NCBI GenBank assembly: GCA_019456075.1
Contig: VRUN01000001.1
Span: 1,561-65,560, forward strand
Direction of reading: 5' to 3'
DNA length: 64,000 nt
DNA from: Candidatus Methylomirabilota bacterium
GTDB taxonomy: Bacteria > Methylomirabilota > Methylomirabilia > Methylomirabilales > CSP1-5
Of the stretch, positions 45,039 to 53,740 are shown piece by piece. Each line of letters starts with the position of its first letter. Positions within the stretch are counted from its first letter, which is position 1. Position numbers and translations under genes: made by a program. The notes below the pieces were generated by a model. That model ran no database searches. It saw only the letters and a program-made list of their open reading frames with translations, and was not told the DNA's origin.

Positions 45039-45201
45039 CGCCTTCCCCCGGAAAAGGTTTCCTGGCTCGTGGATCATCGCCCCCCTGCGCCTTCCCATCC
45101 CTCGATAAACTCGGGACAGTGGCATGTTGCAGGGTGGCTCCCCACTTACAGTGGCGGGACCGTGCTGGACTTGCACCAGCTTCCCTTTGATCCGGGGGCG
45201 T
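45039..45201 (-). promoter_or_regulatory. Cobalamin riboswitch 1 (leader of the TonB-dependent receptor operon)
   Basis: Minus strand: AAAGGGAAGCUGGUGCAAGUCCAGCACGGUCCCGCCACUGUAAGUGGGGAG ... GCCACUGUCCC...GGGAUGGGAAGGCG ... B12 box GAGCCAGGAAACC. P1-like pairing CGCCCCCGG / CCGGGGGAAGGCG. No terminator follows. Confidence 0.85.
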
Positions 45202-45203
45202 AC

Positions 45204-45224
45204 TGGTTCATGGTTCATGGTTCA
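45204..45224. repeat. Perfect heptamer tandem repeat x3
   Basis: TGGTTCA TGGTTCA TGGTTCA on plus (TGAACCA x3 on minus), immediately 5' of riboswitch 1 and 25 nt after the ABC ATPase stop. Confidence 0.9.
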
Positions 45225-45249
45225 GAGTCGACGGCCACGGCAAGGCGCG

Positions 45250-46026
45250 TTACAGACGGGGAAGGATGCGGATCTTGCCCGTCTCTGGATCAGTGTCGAT
45301 CCAGACGGCGCAGCCATACGCCTTTTCTATGATCTCCGGCTGCATCACCTCCTCTGGTAAGCCGGCGGTAAGGACCGTCCCCTCCTTGAGCAGGACGAGC
45401 CGGTCCGAAACCGCCGCCGCCGCGTTGAGATCGTGTGAGACCAAGATGATGGTCAGTCCGCGTTCAGCCTGTAGTCGCTTGAGCAGCCCCAAGATCTCGA
45501 CCTGATGGCTGAGGTCGAGATGAGTCGTGGGCTCATCGAGCAGCAGGAGTTGGGGCTGCTGGGCCAAGGCGCGCGCAATAACCACCCGCTGCTTCTCGCC
45601 GCTCGAGAGTTGATCGAGATACTTGGCTGCTAGGTGAGCCGTCACTGTCTCGTCCATCGCGTGCTCCGTCGCCCGGCGATCCTCCGCCGTCTCGAGGCCG
45701 ATCCCCCGAGCGTGCGGGTACCGCCCCATGGCGACGACCTGCTCTACGGTAAAGGGAAAGGCCACCTGAAATTCCTGAGGAACCACCGCCACGGTTCGCG
45801 CGACTTCCCGTTTAGTGAGAGCGTTGAGGTCGCGGCCATAGAGGGAAATCGTCCCCGCCTCGCCAATGAGGACCCGACTGAGCAAACGCAAGAGGGTCGT
45901 CTTGCCCGCGCTGTTGGGCCCGATGATTCCCAAGACCTCCCCCGCCTCGACGGTTAACGAAATCCCATTCAGGACGCGCCCATTGCGATAGCTGAAGTAC
46001 AGATCGTGAACCTCGACCGCCTTCAT
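45250..46026 (-). CDS. ABC transporter ATPase (BtuD/FepC-like, iron-siderophore/cobalamin family)
   Basis: GPNSAGKTTLLRLLS (Walker A), LSSGEKQRVVIARAL (signature), LLLLDEPTTHLD (Walker B). ATG 46026 overlaps the permease stop (ATGA). The 620-aa ORF in the track is a frame-run-on artefact. Confidence 0.9.
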   Translation of the reverse strand: MKAVEVHDLYFSYRNGRVLNGISLTVEAGEVLGIIGPNSAGKTTLLRLLSRVLIGEAGTISLYGRDLNALTKREVARTVAVVPQEFQVAFPFTVEQVVAMGRYPHARGIGLETAEDRRATEHAMDETVTAHLAAKYLDQLSSGEKQRVVIARALAQQPQLLLLDEPTTHLDLSHQVEILGLLKRLQAERGLTIILVSHDLNAAAAVSDRLVLLKEGTVLTAGLPEEVMQPEIIEKAYGCAVWIDTDPETGKIRILPRL

Positions 46027-47051
46027 GGAGAGACACTCCGATACCGGCTCCGGAGCAAGTAGGCAAAGAAGGGAGCACCCAGAAACGCAGTGATGGCCCC
46101 GACCGGGATCTCTGTCGGTGCCACCACCGTCCGGGCCACGATATCCGCCAGGATGAGAAAGATCGCCCCGGCAAGGAGAGAGGCGGGGATGACCACCCGG
46201 TTGTCCGGGCCAAGGCAGAGACGCACGGCGTGAGGAACCATGAGGCCGACGAAGGCAATCGAGCCGCTCGCCGAGACGGCGGCACCTGTGACCAGACTGC
46301 AGGCCACAAAAATGATCCGTTTTACGCGCTCTGGTTCCACGCCGAGCTGGGCCGCCGCCTCTTCCCCTGCCGACAGGAGGTTCAGGGGAAGGACTTGCGC
46401 ATAGATCAGCGCGGTGCCGATGAGCAGGCAGCCCACGACGATGCCGATGGTGGGATAGCTCACAACGCGGAGATTCCCCATGAGGTAGAACACGACCCCC
46501 TGAAGCTCTTCCGCTTGCATCAAGGCCGAGGCCAGCATGATGGCCGAGCTGAAGAACAGAGAGACCACCACTCCGGCGAGGAGCAGCGTGTGAACGGGAA
46601 GGCGACCGTCGATGCTCGCGATGCCATAAACCACGACTGCGGCCACCAGTGCCCCCACAAAGCCGAAAAGGGGCAAGAAGAGGATGCCGGCCCCGGCGCC
46701 CAGGCCCGTCAGGACCCCGAGCACGACCCCGAAAGCTGCCCCACTCGAGACGCCGAGGACATAGGGATCGGCCAGAGGGTTGCGCGAGATCGCTTGAAAT
46801 CCCGCGCCCGCTAACGCCAGGGCAGACCCCACAATGCCGGCGAGGAGCGTTCTGGGGAGTCGCAGGCTCAGCACGATGGTCTCGTGCGTCTCTGTCCAGG
46901 AAACGGGATTGGGCAAAAGCTTCCCAAAGAAGATTCCCACGATCTCGCCCAATCCTACCTGGACCGTCCCCACCGACAGGGCGAGGACGATCGACCCCAC
47001 AAGCCCGGCGGTCAGGATCCCCATGACCGTCAGCAGCCGGGTGGGCGTCAT
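46023..47051 (-). CDS. FecCD-family ABC permease (BtuC-like)
   Basis: 342 aa, about 9-10 TM. RLPRTLLAGIVGSALALAGAGFQAISRNPLADPYVLGVSSGAA. Confidence 0.9.
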   Translation of the reverse strand: MTPTRLLTVMGILTAGLVGSIVLALSVGTVQVGLGEIVGIFFGKLLPNPVSWTETHETIVLSLRLPRTLLAGIVGSALALAGAGFQAISRNPLADPYVLGVSSGAAFGVVLGVLTGLGAGAGILFLPLFGFVGALVAAVVVYGIASIDGRLPVHTLLLAGVVVSLFFSSAIMLASALMQAEELQGVVFYLMGNLRVVSYPTIGIVVGCLLIGTALIYAQVLPLNLLSAGEEAAAQLGVEPERVKRIIFVACSLVTGAAVSASGSIAFVGLMVPHAVRLCLGPDNRVVIPASLLAGAIFLILADIVARTVVAPTEIPVGAITAFLGAPFFAYLLRSRYRSVSP

Positions 47052-47941
47052 GAACTCCTCCCACCAAAGGCCCCCGGGTGGAGGAGATGCCCCAAGAGTT
47101 CCACGGCCTCAACGATCCTGGGCCCAGGACGATTGATCAGGTTGGCGTCAATTACGCGAACGGCCCCTTCCCGAACCGCCCGCATCTCTCTCCACCCTGG
47201 CAAGCGACGAAGGACCTCCCGGTCTTCAGGGACGCCACCGTCTAAGGCCAGGAGGATCACATTGGGTGCCTGGACCACGACCCGTTCAAGGCTGTACCGA
47301 GAAAACCCGGGTGTCCGCACGACGTTCACTCCCCCCGCCACGGCGATAAGTCCATCAATGACGGTCCCTCGGCCGGCCACAATAAGGGGATCGATCCAGA
47401 CCACATACAGGACTTCGGGTCGTGGAAGGTCTTGAACCTTCTCGGAAACCGTCGCCATGCGTCGCCGCATGTCGGCGATCAATCGCCCTGCCTCCTGCCG
47501 CCTCCCGACCACCTCCCCGACTTTTGCGATGGAGACAAAGACCCCTTCCACTCCCACCGGCTTTACTCCGAAGACCGGGATCTGGAGCTGCTCGAGTTGG
47601 GTGATGGTATCCCAGCGGTTCGCATCAGCGGAGACAAGAACCAGATCCGGTCTGAGGGCGACGATCACCTCCAGATTCGGGTTGATGCCGCCGCCCACGC
47701 TCGGCTTTGCCTCGACCTCGGGCGGATAGGTGGCATAGTCGGTCACCCCCACCACCGCATCACCCGCGCCGAGCGCATAGAGGATCTCGGTCAGGCTCGG
47801 CGCCAATGAGATGATGCGATGGGGTGGCCCGTGAAGTGCCACGCGCCGTCCCACCATATCGACAAGGGTGGCCGCGTGAACCGGAAGTCCCACGACGAGG
47901 AGCAAGAGAATCCAGGACGTCTTTGCCCCCGGTTTCCCCAT
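47048..47941 (-). CDS. Periplasmic substrate-binding protein (BtuF-like, cluster A-2)
   Basis: Signal peptide MGKPGAKTSWILLLLVVGLPVHA, then RIISLAPSLTEILYALGAGDAVVGVTDY. ATG 47941 overlaps the cobQ stop (TGATG). Confidence 0.85.
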   Translation of the reverse strand: MGKPGAKTSWILLLLVVGLPVHAATLVDMVGRRVALHGPPHRIISLAPSLTEILYALGAGDAVVGVTDYATYPPEVEAKPSVGGGINPNLEVIVALRPDLVLVSADANRWDTITQLEQLQIPVFGVKPVGVEGVFVSIAKVGEVVGRRQEAGRLIADMRRRMATVSEKVQDLPRPEVLYVVWIDPLIVAGRGTVIDGLIAVAGGVNVVRTPGFSRYSLERVVVQAPNVILLALDGGVPEDREVLRRLPGWREMRAVREGAVRVIDANLINRPGPRIVEAVELLGHLLHPGAFGGRSS

Positions 47942-49446
47942 CACTTCTCCCCTTCGAGCAATTGATAGATAGCGACCATATCGAGGTGGGTGCGGACCAA
48001 ATCCGCCATGCGATCGAACTCGCGGTCCAGGTTCCAATCCTGGATGCCGACCGGGCAGGGAAGTCCCTTGGCCTCCCACAGCTCTTTGAGAAACCGGTGC
48101 CGGAAGGATGCGTTATCGAAGAGACCATGAATGTTACTCCCCCAGATCCTTCCGCTGACGCTTCGAGCCCCATCGGAGATGCGGACCGGCTGCCCCGAGC
48201 GCTCCAAGACCTCAAAAGCGGGCGTGGTTCCATCCAATGGAACGGAGACCCCGTGGTGGATTTCGTATCCCGTCACCTCATCGCCGCTCCACCGGCACCT
48301 AGCCCGGACCTGATGGGTAACCTTTTCTCGGCAAAAGAGGGTCGCGACCTGGAGGAGTCCAAGACCTACGACGTGGTCCCGCTCTGACTCCACCTGATCC
48401 GGGTCAGCGATGTACGTTCCAAGCATTTGATAGCCGCCACAGATGCCGACGACGACCTTTCCACTCGCCGCTGCCCGCCTGATGGCATCGGCGAGACCCC
48501 GTTCCCGCAAGTAGTCGAGATCCGCCACGGTACTTTTGCTCCCCGGCAGGATCAGGCAATCGCTCTCGGCAATCTCTTCGGGACCCCGAACAAATGTGAG
48601 CGTAACCTCGGGCTGTGCGGCGATGGGGTCAAAATCGGTGAAGTTTGACAAGTGAGGAAGGGCAACGACACCAATCCGAACGCGGTGGTTGTTCGTCTCC
48701 GCTCCGCCTGGCTTCAAGCGCTCCGGGAGAGCATCTTCCTCGGGGAGACGCAGGTCCCGGCAAAAGGGGATGACCCCGAAGACGGGCTTGCCGGTCCTCG
48801 CCGTGAGGAAGATCAGGCCGGGATCCAGGAGCGCTTTATCTCCTCGGAATTTGTTGATGACGAACCCGGCCACCCGGTCCCGCTCTTCCGGTTCGAGCAG
48901 CTCCAGGGTGCCGACGAGTGCGGCGAAGACGCCGCCTTTGTCGATATCCCCAACCAGGAGGACCGGCGCATCTGCGATCTCGGCGACCGGCATGTTCACC
49001 AAATCCCGGTCGCGAAGGTTGACCTCGGCCGGAGACCCCGCCCCTTCAATGAGGACGACATCGTACTCCGCCGCCAGGCGCTCAAAAGCCTCGTGGACCA
49101 CACGGCGAAGCGCCGGAATCTGCTCGACGCCGTATGCAGCCGCCGAGAAGGTCCCAATCGGCCGGCCCAAGACAATCACTTGAGCGTCGGTGTCGTTCGT
49201 CGGCTTGAGCAGGATCGGATTCATCTGGACCGAGGGCACGACGCGGGCAGCCTGCGCTTGCACTGCTTGGGCTCGGCCAATCTCGCCCCCGTCAGGCGTG
49301 ACGAAGGAGTTTAAGGCCATGTTCTGCGCCTTGAAGGGCGCAACGCGGTAGCCGTCTTGAGCGAGGACGCGACACAGCGCCGCCACCAGGACACTCTTGC
49401 CGACGTGCGAGGCGGTCCCCTGCACCATGAGGCTTCGCGCTGGCAT
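47941..49446 (-). CDS. cobQ: Cobyric acid synthase
   Basis: SLMVQGTASHVGKSVLVAALCRVLAQDGYRVAPFKAQNMALNS plus a C-terminal GATase1-like domain (ICGGYQMLG). Confidence 0.93.
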   Translation of the reverse strand: MPARSLMVQGTASHVGKSVLVAALCRVLAQDGYRVAPFKAQNMALNSFVTPDGGEIGRAQAVQAQAARVVPSVQMNPILLKPTNDTDAQVIVLGRPIGTFSAAAYGVEQIPALRRVVHEAFERLAAEYDVVLIEGAGSPAEVNLRDRDLVNMPVAEIADAPVLLVGDIDKGGVFAALVGTLELLEPEERDRVAGFVINKFRGDKALLDPGLIFLTARTGKPVFGVIPFCRDLRLPEEDALPERLKPGGAETNNHRVRIGVVALPHLSNFTDFDPIAAQPEVTLTFVRGPEEIAESDCLILPGSKSTVADLDYLRERGLADAIRRAAASGKVVVGICGGYQMLGTYIADPDQVESERDHVVGLGLLQVATLFCREKVTHQVRARCRWSGDEVTGYEIHHGVSVPLDGTTPAFEVLERSGQPVRISDGARSVSGRIWGSNIHGLFDNASFRHRFLKELWEAKGLPCPVGIQDWNLDREFDRMADLVRTHLDMVAIYQLLEGEK

Positions 49447-49449
49447 CGT

Positions 49450-50826
49450 TTAACCCTTTCGCCCTGCAAACATAGACCGGAGCCGGCTTGGGAGGTCTTG
49501 GAGAAGCGATGGATTTGAGGCGAGGTGTAGATGGGTATATGAGGCGAACACTCCATTCTTCACCACGCCTTCCTCCTCCACCCGCCCCATCGAATCGACC
49601 GACCTGAGAGCACGCAGTCCCGCCTCGGCGGTGAGATGTGAGTAGTGGAATTCATGTCCCTTCAAGCGATCCCCGGCGCGGAAGAAAAAACCAGGCCTCA
49701 GCACCTCGACCTCTTTATACTTCAGGGCCTGCAGGCGCTCGGTCATGGCGGTCTGGATCGGCAGGAGACCCGCCATCGGGAAGGATCGTCCCTCGGAGGT
49801 TGTTAGGGTCTCCCCGAGGTACATGAATCCGCCGCACTCGCCGTAAACAAGCCCGCCCTCCCTCTCGAACCGACGGACCGCCTCTCTCATCGCCACGTTG
49901 CGGGAAAGCGGCTCGGCAAAGAGCTCGGGAAAGCCCCCACCGAGGTAGAGGAGATCGGCTGCCGGAAGGGCCGTGTCGTGCAGGGGGGAGAACTCCACCA
50001 CCCGAAAGCCCCAACGCCGAAGCAGATCGAGATTATCTTCATAATAGAAGGTAAACGCCTCATCTCGGGCCACCGCGAGGCGAAACTCCGGACGCCTCGG
50101 GGGGGAAGCAAAGAGGATTGGGGCGGGGTCAGGGAGGGGAGAAGCCTGGCGTGCAATCCCAAGGATCTGCGGGAGATCGAGGTGGTCTCGCACGTGTTCA
50201 GTAATCTGCCGACATCGTTCCTCTGCCCCCTTTCCCTCCTGAAAGGGGACAAGTCCCAAATGCCGTTCGGGTAGCCGGATCTCTGGCAGGAACGGAATCG
50301 CCCCCACGACCGGCAGGCCCGCTCGTTCAACCGCCTGGCGGACGGCCCGCTCGTGCGCCTCGCCGGCAATCCCGTTCAAGATCACCCCGTCAAGCCGTAC
50401 CGCAGGATCGAAGGTCCGAAAGCCTAATGCCTTCGCCCCGAGTGAAGAGGAAGAGCGCCACGCATCCAGCACGAGAAGCACCGGTGTCTGAAGTACCTTG
50501 GCCAGATGTGCGGTGCTCCCTGTGTCGTCGGGATAGGCCCCGTCGAAGAGTCCCATCACCCCCTCAATCACTGCCACGTCGGCCGGCGCCCCATGATGGA
50601 TGAAAAGTTCCAGGACCGCCGCTTGCGAAAGCATCCACAAGTCCAGATTCCGTCCCGGACGACCGGTGACCGCCCCATAGTACGAGGGGTCGATGTAATC
50701 TGGGCCGGTCTTGAATCCCTGCACCGTGAGCCCAGTGGCGGCGAGGGCCCCCATCAGACCAATGGCGACAGTGCTCTTGCCGCACCCGCTCTCCTCCCCG
50801 GCCACCATCACCCGCGCCATCGGCAT
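49450..50826 (-). CDS. cbiA: Cobyrinic acid a,c-diamide synthase
   Basis: VMVAGEESGCGKSTVAIGLMGALAATGLTVQGFKTGPDYIDPSYY plus C-terminal GATase (YGECGGFMYLG). ATG 50826 lies downstream of the leader terminator; the ORF-track start 50925 runs into the riboswitch. Confidence 0.9.
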   Translation of the reverse strand: MPMARVMVAGEESGCGKSTVAIGLMGALAATGLTVQGFKTGPDYIDPSYYGAVTGRPGRNLDLWMLSQAAVLELFIHHGAPADVAVIEGVMGLFDGAYPDDTGSTAHLAKVLQTPVLLVLDAWRSSSSLGAKALGFRTFDPAVRLDGVILNGIAGEAHERAVRQAVERAGLPVVGAIPFLPEIRLPERHLGLVPFQEGKGAEERCRQITEHVRDHLDLPQILGIARQASPLPDPAPILFASPPRRPEFRLAVARDEAFTFYYEDNLDLLRRWGFRVVEFSPLHDTALPAADLLYLGGGFPELFAEPLSRNVAMREAVRRFEREGGLVYGECGGFMYLGETLTTSEGRSFPMAGLLPIQTAMTERLQALKYKEVEVLRPGFFFRAGDRLKGHEFHYSHLTAEAGLRALRSVDSMGRVEEEGVVKNGVFASYTHLHLASNPSLLQDLPSRLRSMFAGRKG

Positions 50827-50841
50827 CTTTTCGTCAGCCCC

Positions 50842-50875
50842 AAAACAAAAAGCCCCAACCTTTCCCGGTTGGGGC
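50842..50875 (-). terminator. Intrinsic terminator forming the expression platform of riboswitch 2
   Basis: Minus strand GCCCCAACC-GGGAAA-GGUUGGGGC followed by UUUUUGUUUUG, ending 16 nt before the cbiA ATG. Confidence 0.7.
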
Positions 50876-51127
50876 TCCCGTCGCCCTGAGATTTCTGGTG
50901 TCCTTGGACACCGCTCCCAGCTCACGCGGTGGCCTCTCCCTCGAAAGGCCTAAACAATTCCGCAGGGCTGGGCAGGTTTCCTGGCTCGCGGGTCCTCTTA
51001 CTCTCCGCGCCTTCCCATCCCGCATCGCGGGACAGTGGCCTGTGCGGATTTCATCACCGCTCACAGTTGCGGGGCAGCAGTGGATTCCTCCCGATGATTC
51101 GGGAATACGCCACTTTCCCTAACACCC
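50842..51127 (-). promoter_or_regulatory. Cobalamin riboswitch 2 (leader of cbiA-cobQ-btuFCD-like operon)
   Basis: Minus strand: UUAGGGAAAGUGGCG...GGGAGGAAUCCACUGCUGCCCCGCAACUGUGAGCGG...GCCACUGUCCCGCGAUGCGGGAUGGGAAGGCGC... B12 box GAGCCAGGAAACCUGCC, then a terminator hairpin. Confidence 0.85.
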
Positions 51128-51152
51128 AGCCCGCTATTCAAATGTGGATTGA

Positions 51153-51182
51153 TACATACTCTGAGGAACTGATCCCTGTCAA
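51153..51182 (-). promoter_or_regulatory. Sigma70-like promoter candidate upstream of riboswitch 2
   Basis: Minus strand: TTGACA (51182-51177), 18 nt, TATGTA (51158-51153). Confidence 0.4.
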
Positions 51183-51189
51183 GGAGGAT

Positions 51190-52086
51190 TTACAGGGCGT
51201 GCGGGAGAAAGCGCCAGATGCGGGCGAGCAGGTCGTCCGGCTGGAAAGGCTTGACAATATACTCATCTGCGCCGTGCACCCCGAGGGCCTCTCGTTGATG
51301 GTGCGGCCGCGTGTACACTTGGGTCATCAAGATGACCGGCAGTGAAGCAGTCTCTGGTCGGTCCTTGATCCTGCGGCACAGCTCGAATCCATTCATCCGC
51401 GGCATGAGCACATCGGTGATAACAAGATCGGGGCACTCACGACTCAAATATTCCAAGGCCTCGACCCCGTCCTGGGCCAAGATGACCTGAAACCCCGCCT
51501 TGGCCAGCAGATCGCTCAGGTAGGCCCGGAAGAATTTGGTATCCTCCACCACCAGGATCTTGGCCTGGCCCATGGGAGTGGGAACGTGCGTGACCTCCTC
51601 CGGCCCTCGGTGCAGCAAGCCGATAAGAAAATCGCACTGGGGACACTGCGCCTCCATCCGCGTGCCCGGGACCGGCATCTGTCGTATGTAAAAGACGGTT
51701 TGACATTCGGGGCAGGTCAGCGAGTGATCAGCTAATGCCTCCTCCAGAAATTTGGAAATTTCCTCCACGCTGTGGATCTCCGGGATCACCTCATCTGCAC
51801 CGGCTTCGAGGCCTAACGCCGCCTCCTCGGCAGTCGGGCCCTCCTCGATGTAGAGGACGATCTTCGCCTTGGGGCAAAACCGTCTAAGATCACGACAGAC
51901 ACTCCATCCCTTTTCCCGTGAGCGGCTAATATTTAGGAAGACGAGATCCGGAGACTCGGGCTTGGCCAAAGGGAGGGCCATCTCTAGGTTGGATGCACTG
52001 GTCACAGTAAACCCCTGCTCCTCAAGGATTTCTTGCAATCGTGCCCGAGAATCTCGTTGGTCATCCGCTATCAGGATATTTCCCAC
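51190..52086 (-). CDS. Response regulator with degenerate REC - zinc ribbon - canonical REC
   Basis: REC1 has DLVFLNI (Asn at the phospho-acceptor position). Linker CPECQ...CPQCDF. REC2 has VED, DLVITDVLMP, VILMTQ, YIVKPF. Confidence 0.8.
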   Translation of the reverse strand: MGNILIADDQRDSRARLQEILEEQGFTVTSASNLEMALPLAKPESPDLVFLNISRSREKGWSVCRDLRRFCPKAKIVLYIEEGPTAEEAALGLEAGADEVIPEIHSVEEISKFLEEALADHSLTCPECQTVFYIRQMPVPGTRMEAQCPQCDFLIGLLHRGPEEVTHVPTPMGQAKILVVEDTKFFRAYLSDLLAKAGFQVILAQDGVEALEYLSRECPDLVITDVLMPRMNGFELCRRIKDRPETASLPVILMTQVYTRPHHQREALGVHGADEYIVKPFQPDDLLARIWRFLPHAL

Positions 52087-52251
52087 CTACGCTGCCCCCT
52101 TAGAGACCAGTAATTCTGCATATCTAGTGCCATGAAGGGAAGGCACCAAAGAGCAAGTAAACCAATCCACTGGTTTCCCGACTGGCGAGGGCTCCGGAAC
52201 CGAGACTGATCACACCTTCAACCCAACCGAATCGGCCAGAGCTGTTCAACA

Positions 52252-52280
52252 ATCGTAGGAGGTTGCTCTATGGCTGTCAA
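52252..52280 (-). promoter_or_regulatory. Sigma70-like promoter candidate for the response-regulator gene
   Basis: Minus strand: TTGACA (52280-52275), 17 nt, TACGAT (52257-52252). Implies a 5' UTR of about 160 nt. Confidence 0.4.
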
Positions 52281-52353
52281 GGAAAGTCGCTGCAAATCCC
52301 TCGTCTCTGCCCGTCCGGCCGTCTCCGGGGAGGCTGTGCACGGCTCGCCATGC

Positions 52354-53589
52354 TCAGGAGCCGTCGAGCGGACCCGCTGCCGGCTCGTCGCCAAGGAGGA
52401 GGACCCGCACCTCGCTCCCCGGCGTGATTTCGGTCTCGCCCGGGACACAGGCAAGCCCATCAGCATAGGCCATGGAATGAAGCATCGCCGAGCCCTGATC
52501 CCCGGTGAGGCGCGCGGTGTATCCTGCACGCGTCGGCGTCAAGATCACCCGCAAGTAGGCCGGCCGGCGATCCTTATTGCGAATGGGCTGAACCGTGGTA
52601 GCCGTGATCTCCGGGTGAAACACACTCCGCTGATCCTGCATCTTCCTCAGGGCCGGCCGAACAAAAAGTTCGAAGGTCACCATGCAAGAGATGGGATTCC
52701 CCGGCAGCGCAAAGACCGGTTTCCCTTCGAGGAGAGCAAAGGTGAAGGGCTTGCCTGGCCGCATGTGGACCCCCCGGACCCGAACATCGGCCCCCAGCTC
52801 GTGCAGGGTGTCAGCCATGAGGTCGAAGTCTCCGACCGACACCCCGCCGGACGTCAGGAGCAGATCCGACCGGACTCCCTCCCGCAGGTGTCGGGCCAGC
52901 AGGTCTTTCCTGTCGGCCACCGGCCCGAGGAGAACCGGCAGCCCTCCGGCTTGAAGCACCTGGGCCCCCAAGGCGTAGCTGTTGCTGTTGTGAATCTTTC
53001 CCGGCGCAGGCATCTCGTCCCATCGCAGGAGCTCATCCCCGGTGGCAAAGATACCCGCGCGGGGGCGGTGATAGACCGCTACCCGCCTCTTCCCCAGAGC
53101 AGCCAAAAGCCCAATGACCCCCGGCCGACAGAAAGCTCCTGTGGGAAGGACCTGCTCTCCCGCTTTGACATCCTCCCCCCCGTAGCGAACATTCTGGCCG
53201 GGCCCGACTTGCCGAAGGATCAAAACCCCCTGATCAGAAGCCTGGGTGTCCTCCTGCCGAATGACGGCATCGGCACCCCGAGGCAATGGGGCCCCCGTCA
53301 TGATCCTGATGACCTGTCCGTTTTCGAGAACGCCATCAAAAATCTGACCCGCCCCGACGGTCCCGATGAGCCGCAGCATGACCGGCTGCTCATGACTCGC
53401 CCCACGGCTATCTTCAGCCCGGAGGGCGAATCCGTCCATGGCCGAGTTGTCCCAAGGGGGGATCGGTTCCGGCGCAATGACGTCTTCGGCCAAAACCCGA
53501 CCGAGAGCATCGAGGAGCTCCACATACTCCCAACCGACCTTCTCGACCGAGTCGAGCACTATCTGTTGAGCCTGCTCAACCGAAATCAT
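52354..53589 (-). CDS. moeA: Molybdopterin molybdenumtransferase MoeA
   Basis: MISVEQAQQIVL...APEPIPPWDNSAMDGFA...SGGVSVGDFD...FALPGNPISCMVTFELFVRPAL. Confidence 0.92.
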   Translation of the reverse strand: MISVEQAQQIVLDSVEKVGWEYVELLDALGRVLAEDVIAPEPIPPWDNSAMDGFALRAEDSRGASHEQPVMLRLIGTVGAGQIFDGVLENGQVIRIMTGAPLPRGADAVIRQEDTQASDQGVLILRQVGPGQNVRYGGEDVKAGEQVLPTGAFCRPGVIGLLAALGKRRVAVYHRPRAGIFATGDELLRWDEMPAPGKIHNSNSYALGAQVLQAGGLPVLLGPVADRKDLLARHLREGVRSDLLLTSGGVSVGDFDLMADTLHELGADVRVRGVHMRPGKPFTFALLEGKPVFALPGNPISCMVTFELFVRPALRKMQDQRSVFHPEITATTVQPIRNKDRRPAYLRVILTPTRAGYTARLTGDQGSAMLHSMAYADGLACVPGETEITPGSEVRVLLLGDEPAAGPLDGS

Positions 53590-53740
53590 CCCCTATACTC
53601 TCCAACACCGGCTATCGTGCCGATCATTGGCCATCGTATAACCGACGGGACACCATGGCAAGGCGGAATTTCTGGAGAATCCGTGTTGGCGGGGTGCTAG
53701 GAAAAAAGCCATGTGGCCTGAGTCTTGAACTTACTTCATG

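Noticed and set aside
45250-47112. 620-aa minus-strand ORF spanning the ABC ATPase and the permease region.
   Set aside because: Only the last 258 codons (from ATG 46026) look like a protein, namely the ABC ATPase. The upstream part is an out-of-frame run through the FecCD permease gene, which is clearly coded in another frame (46023-47051).
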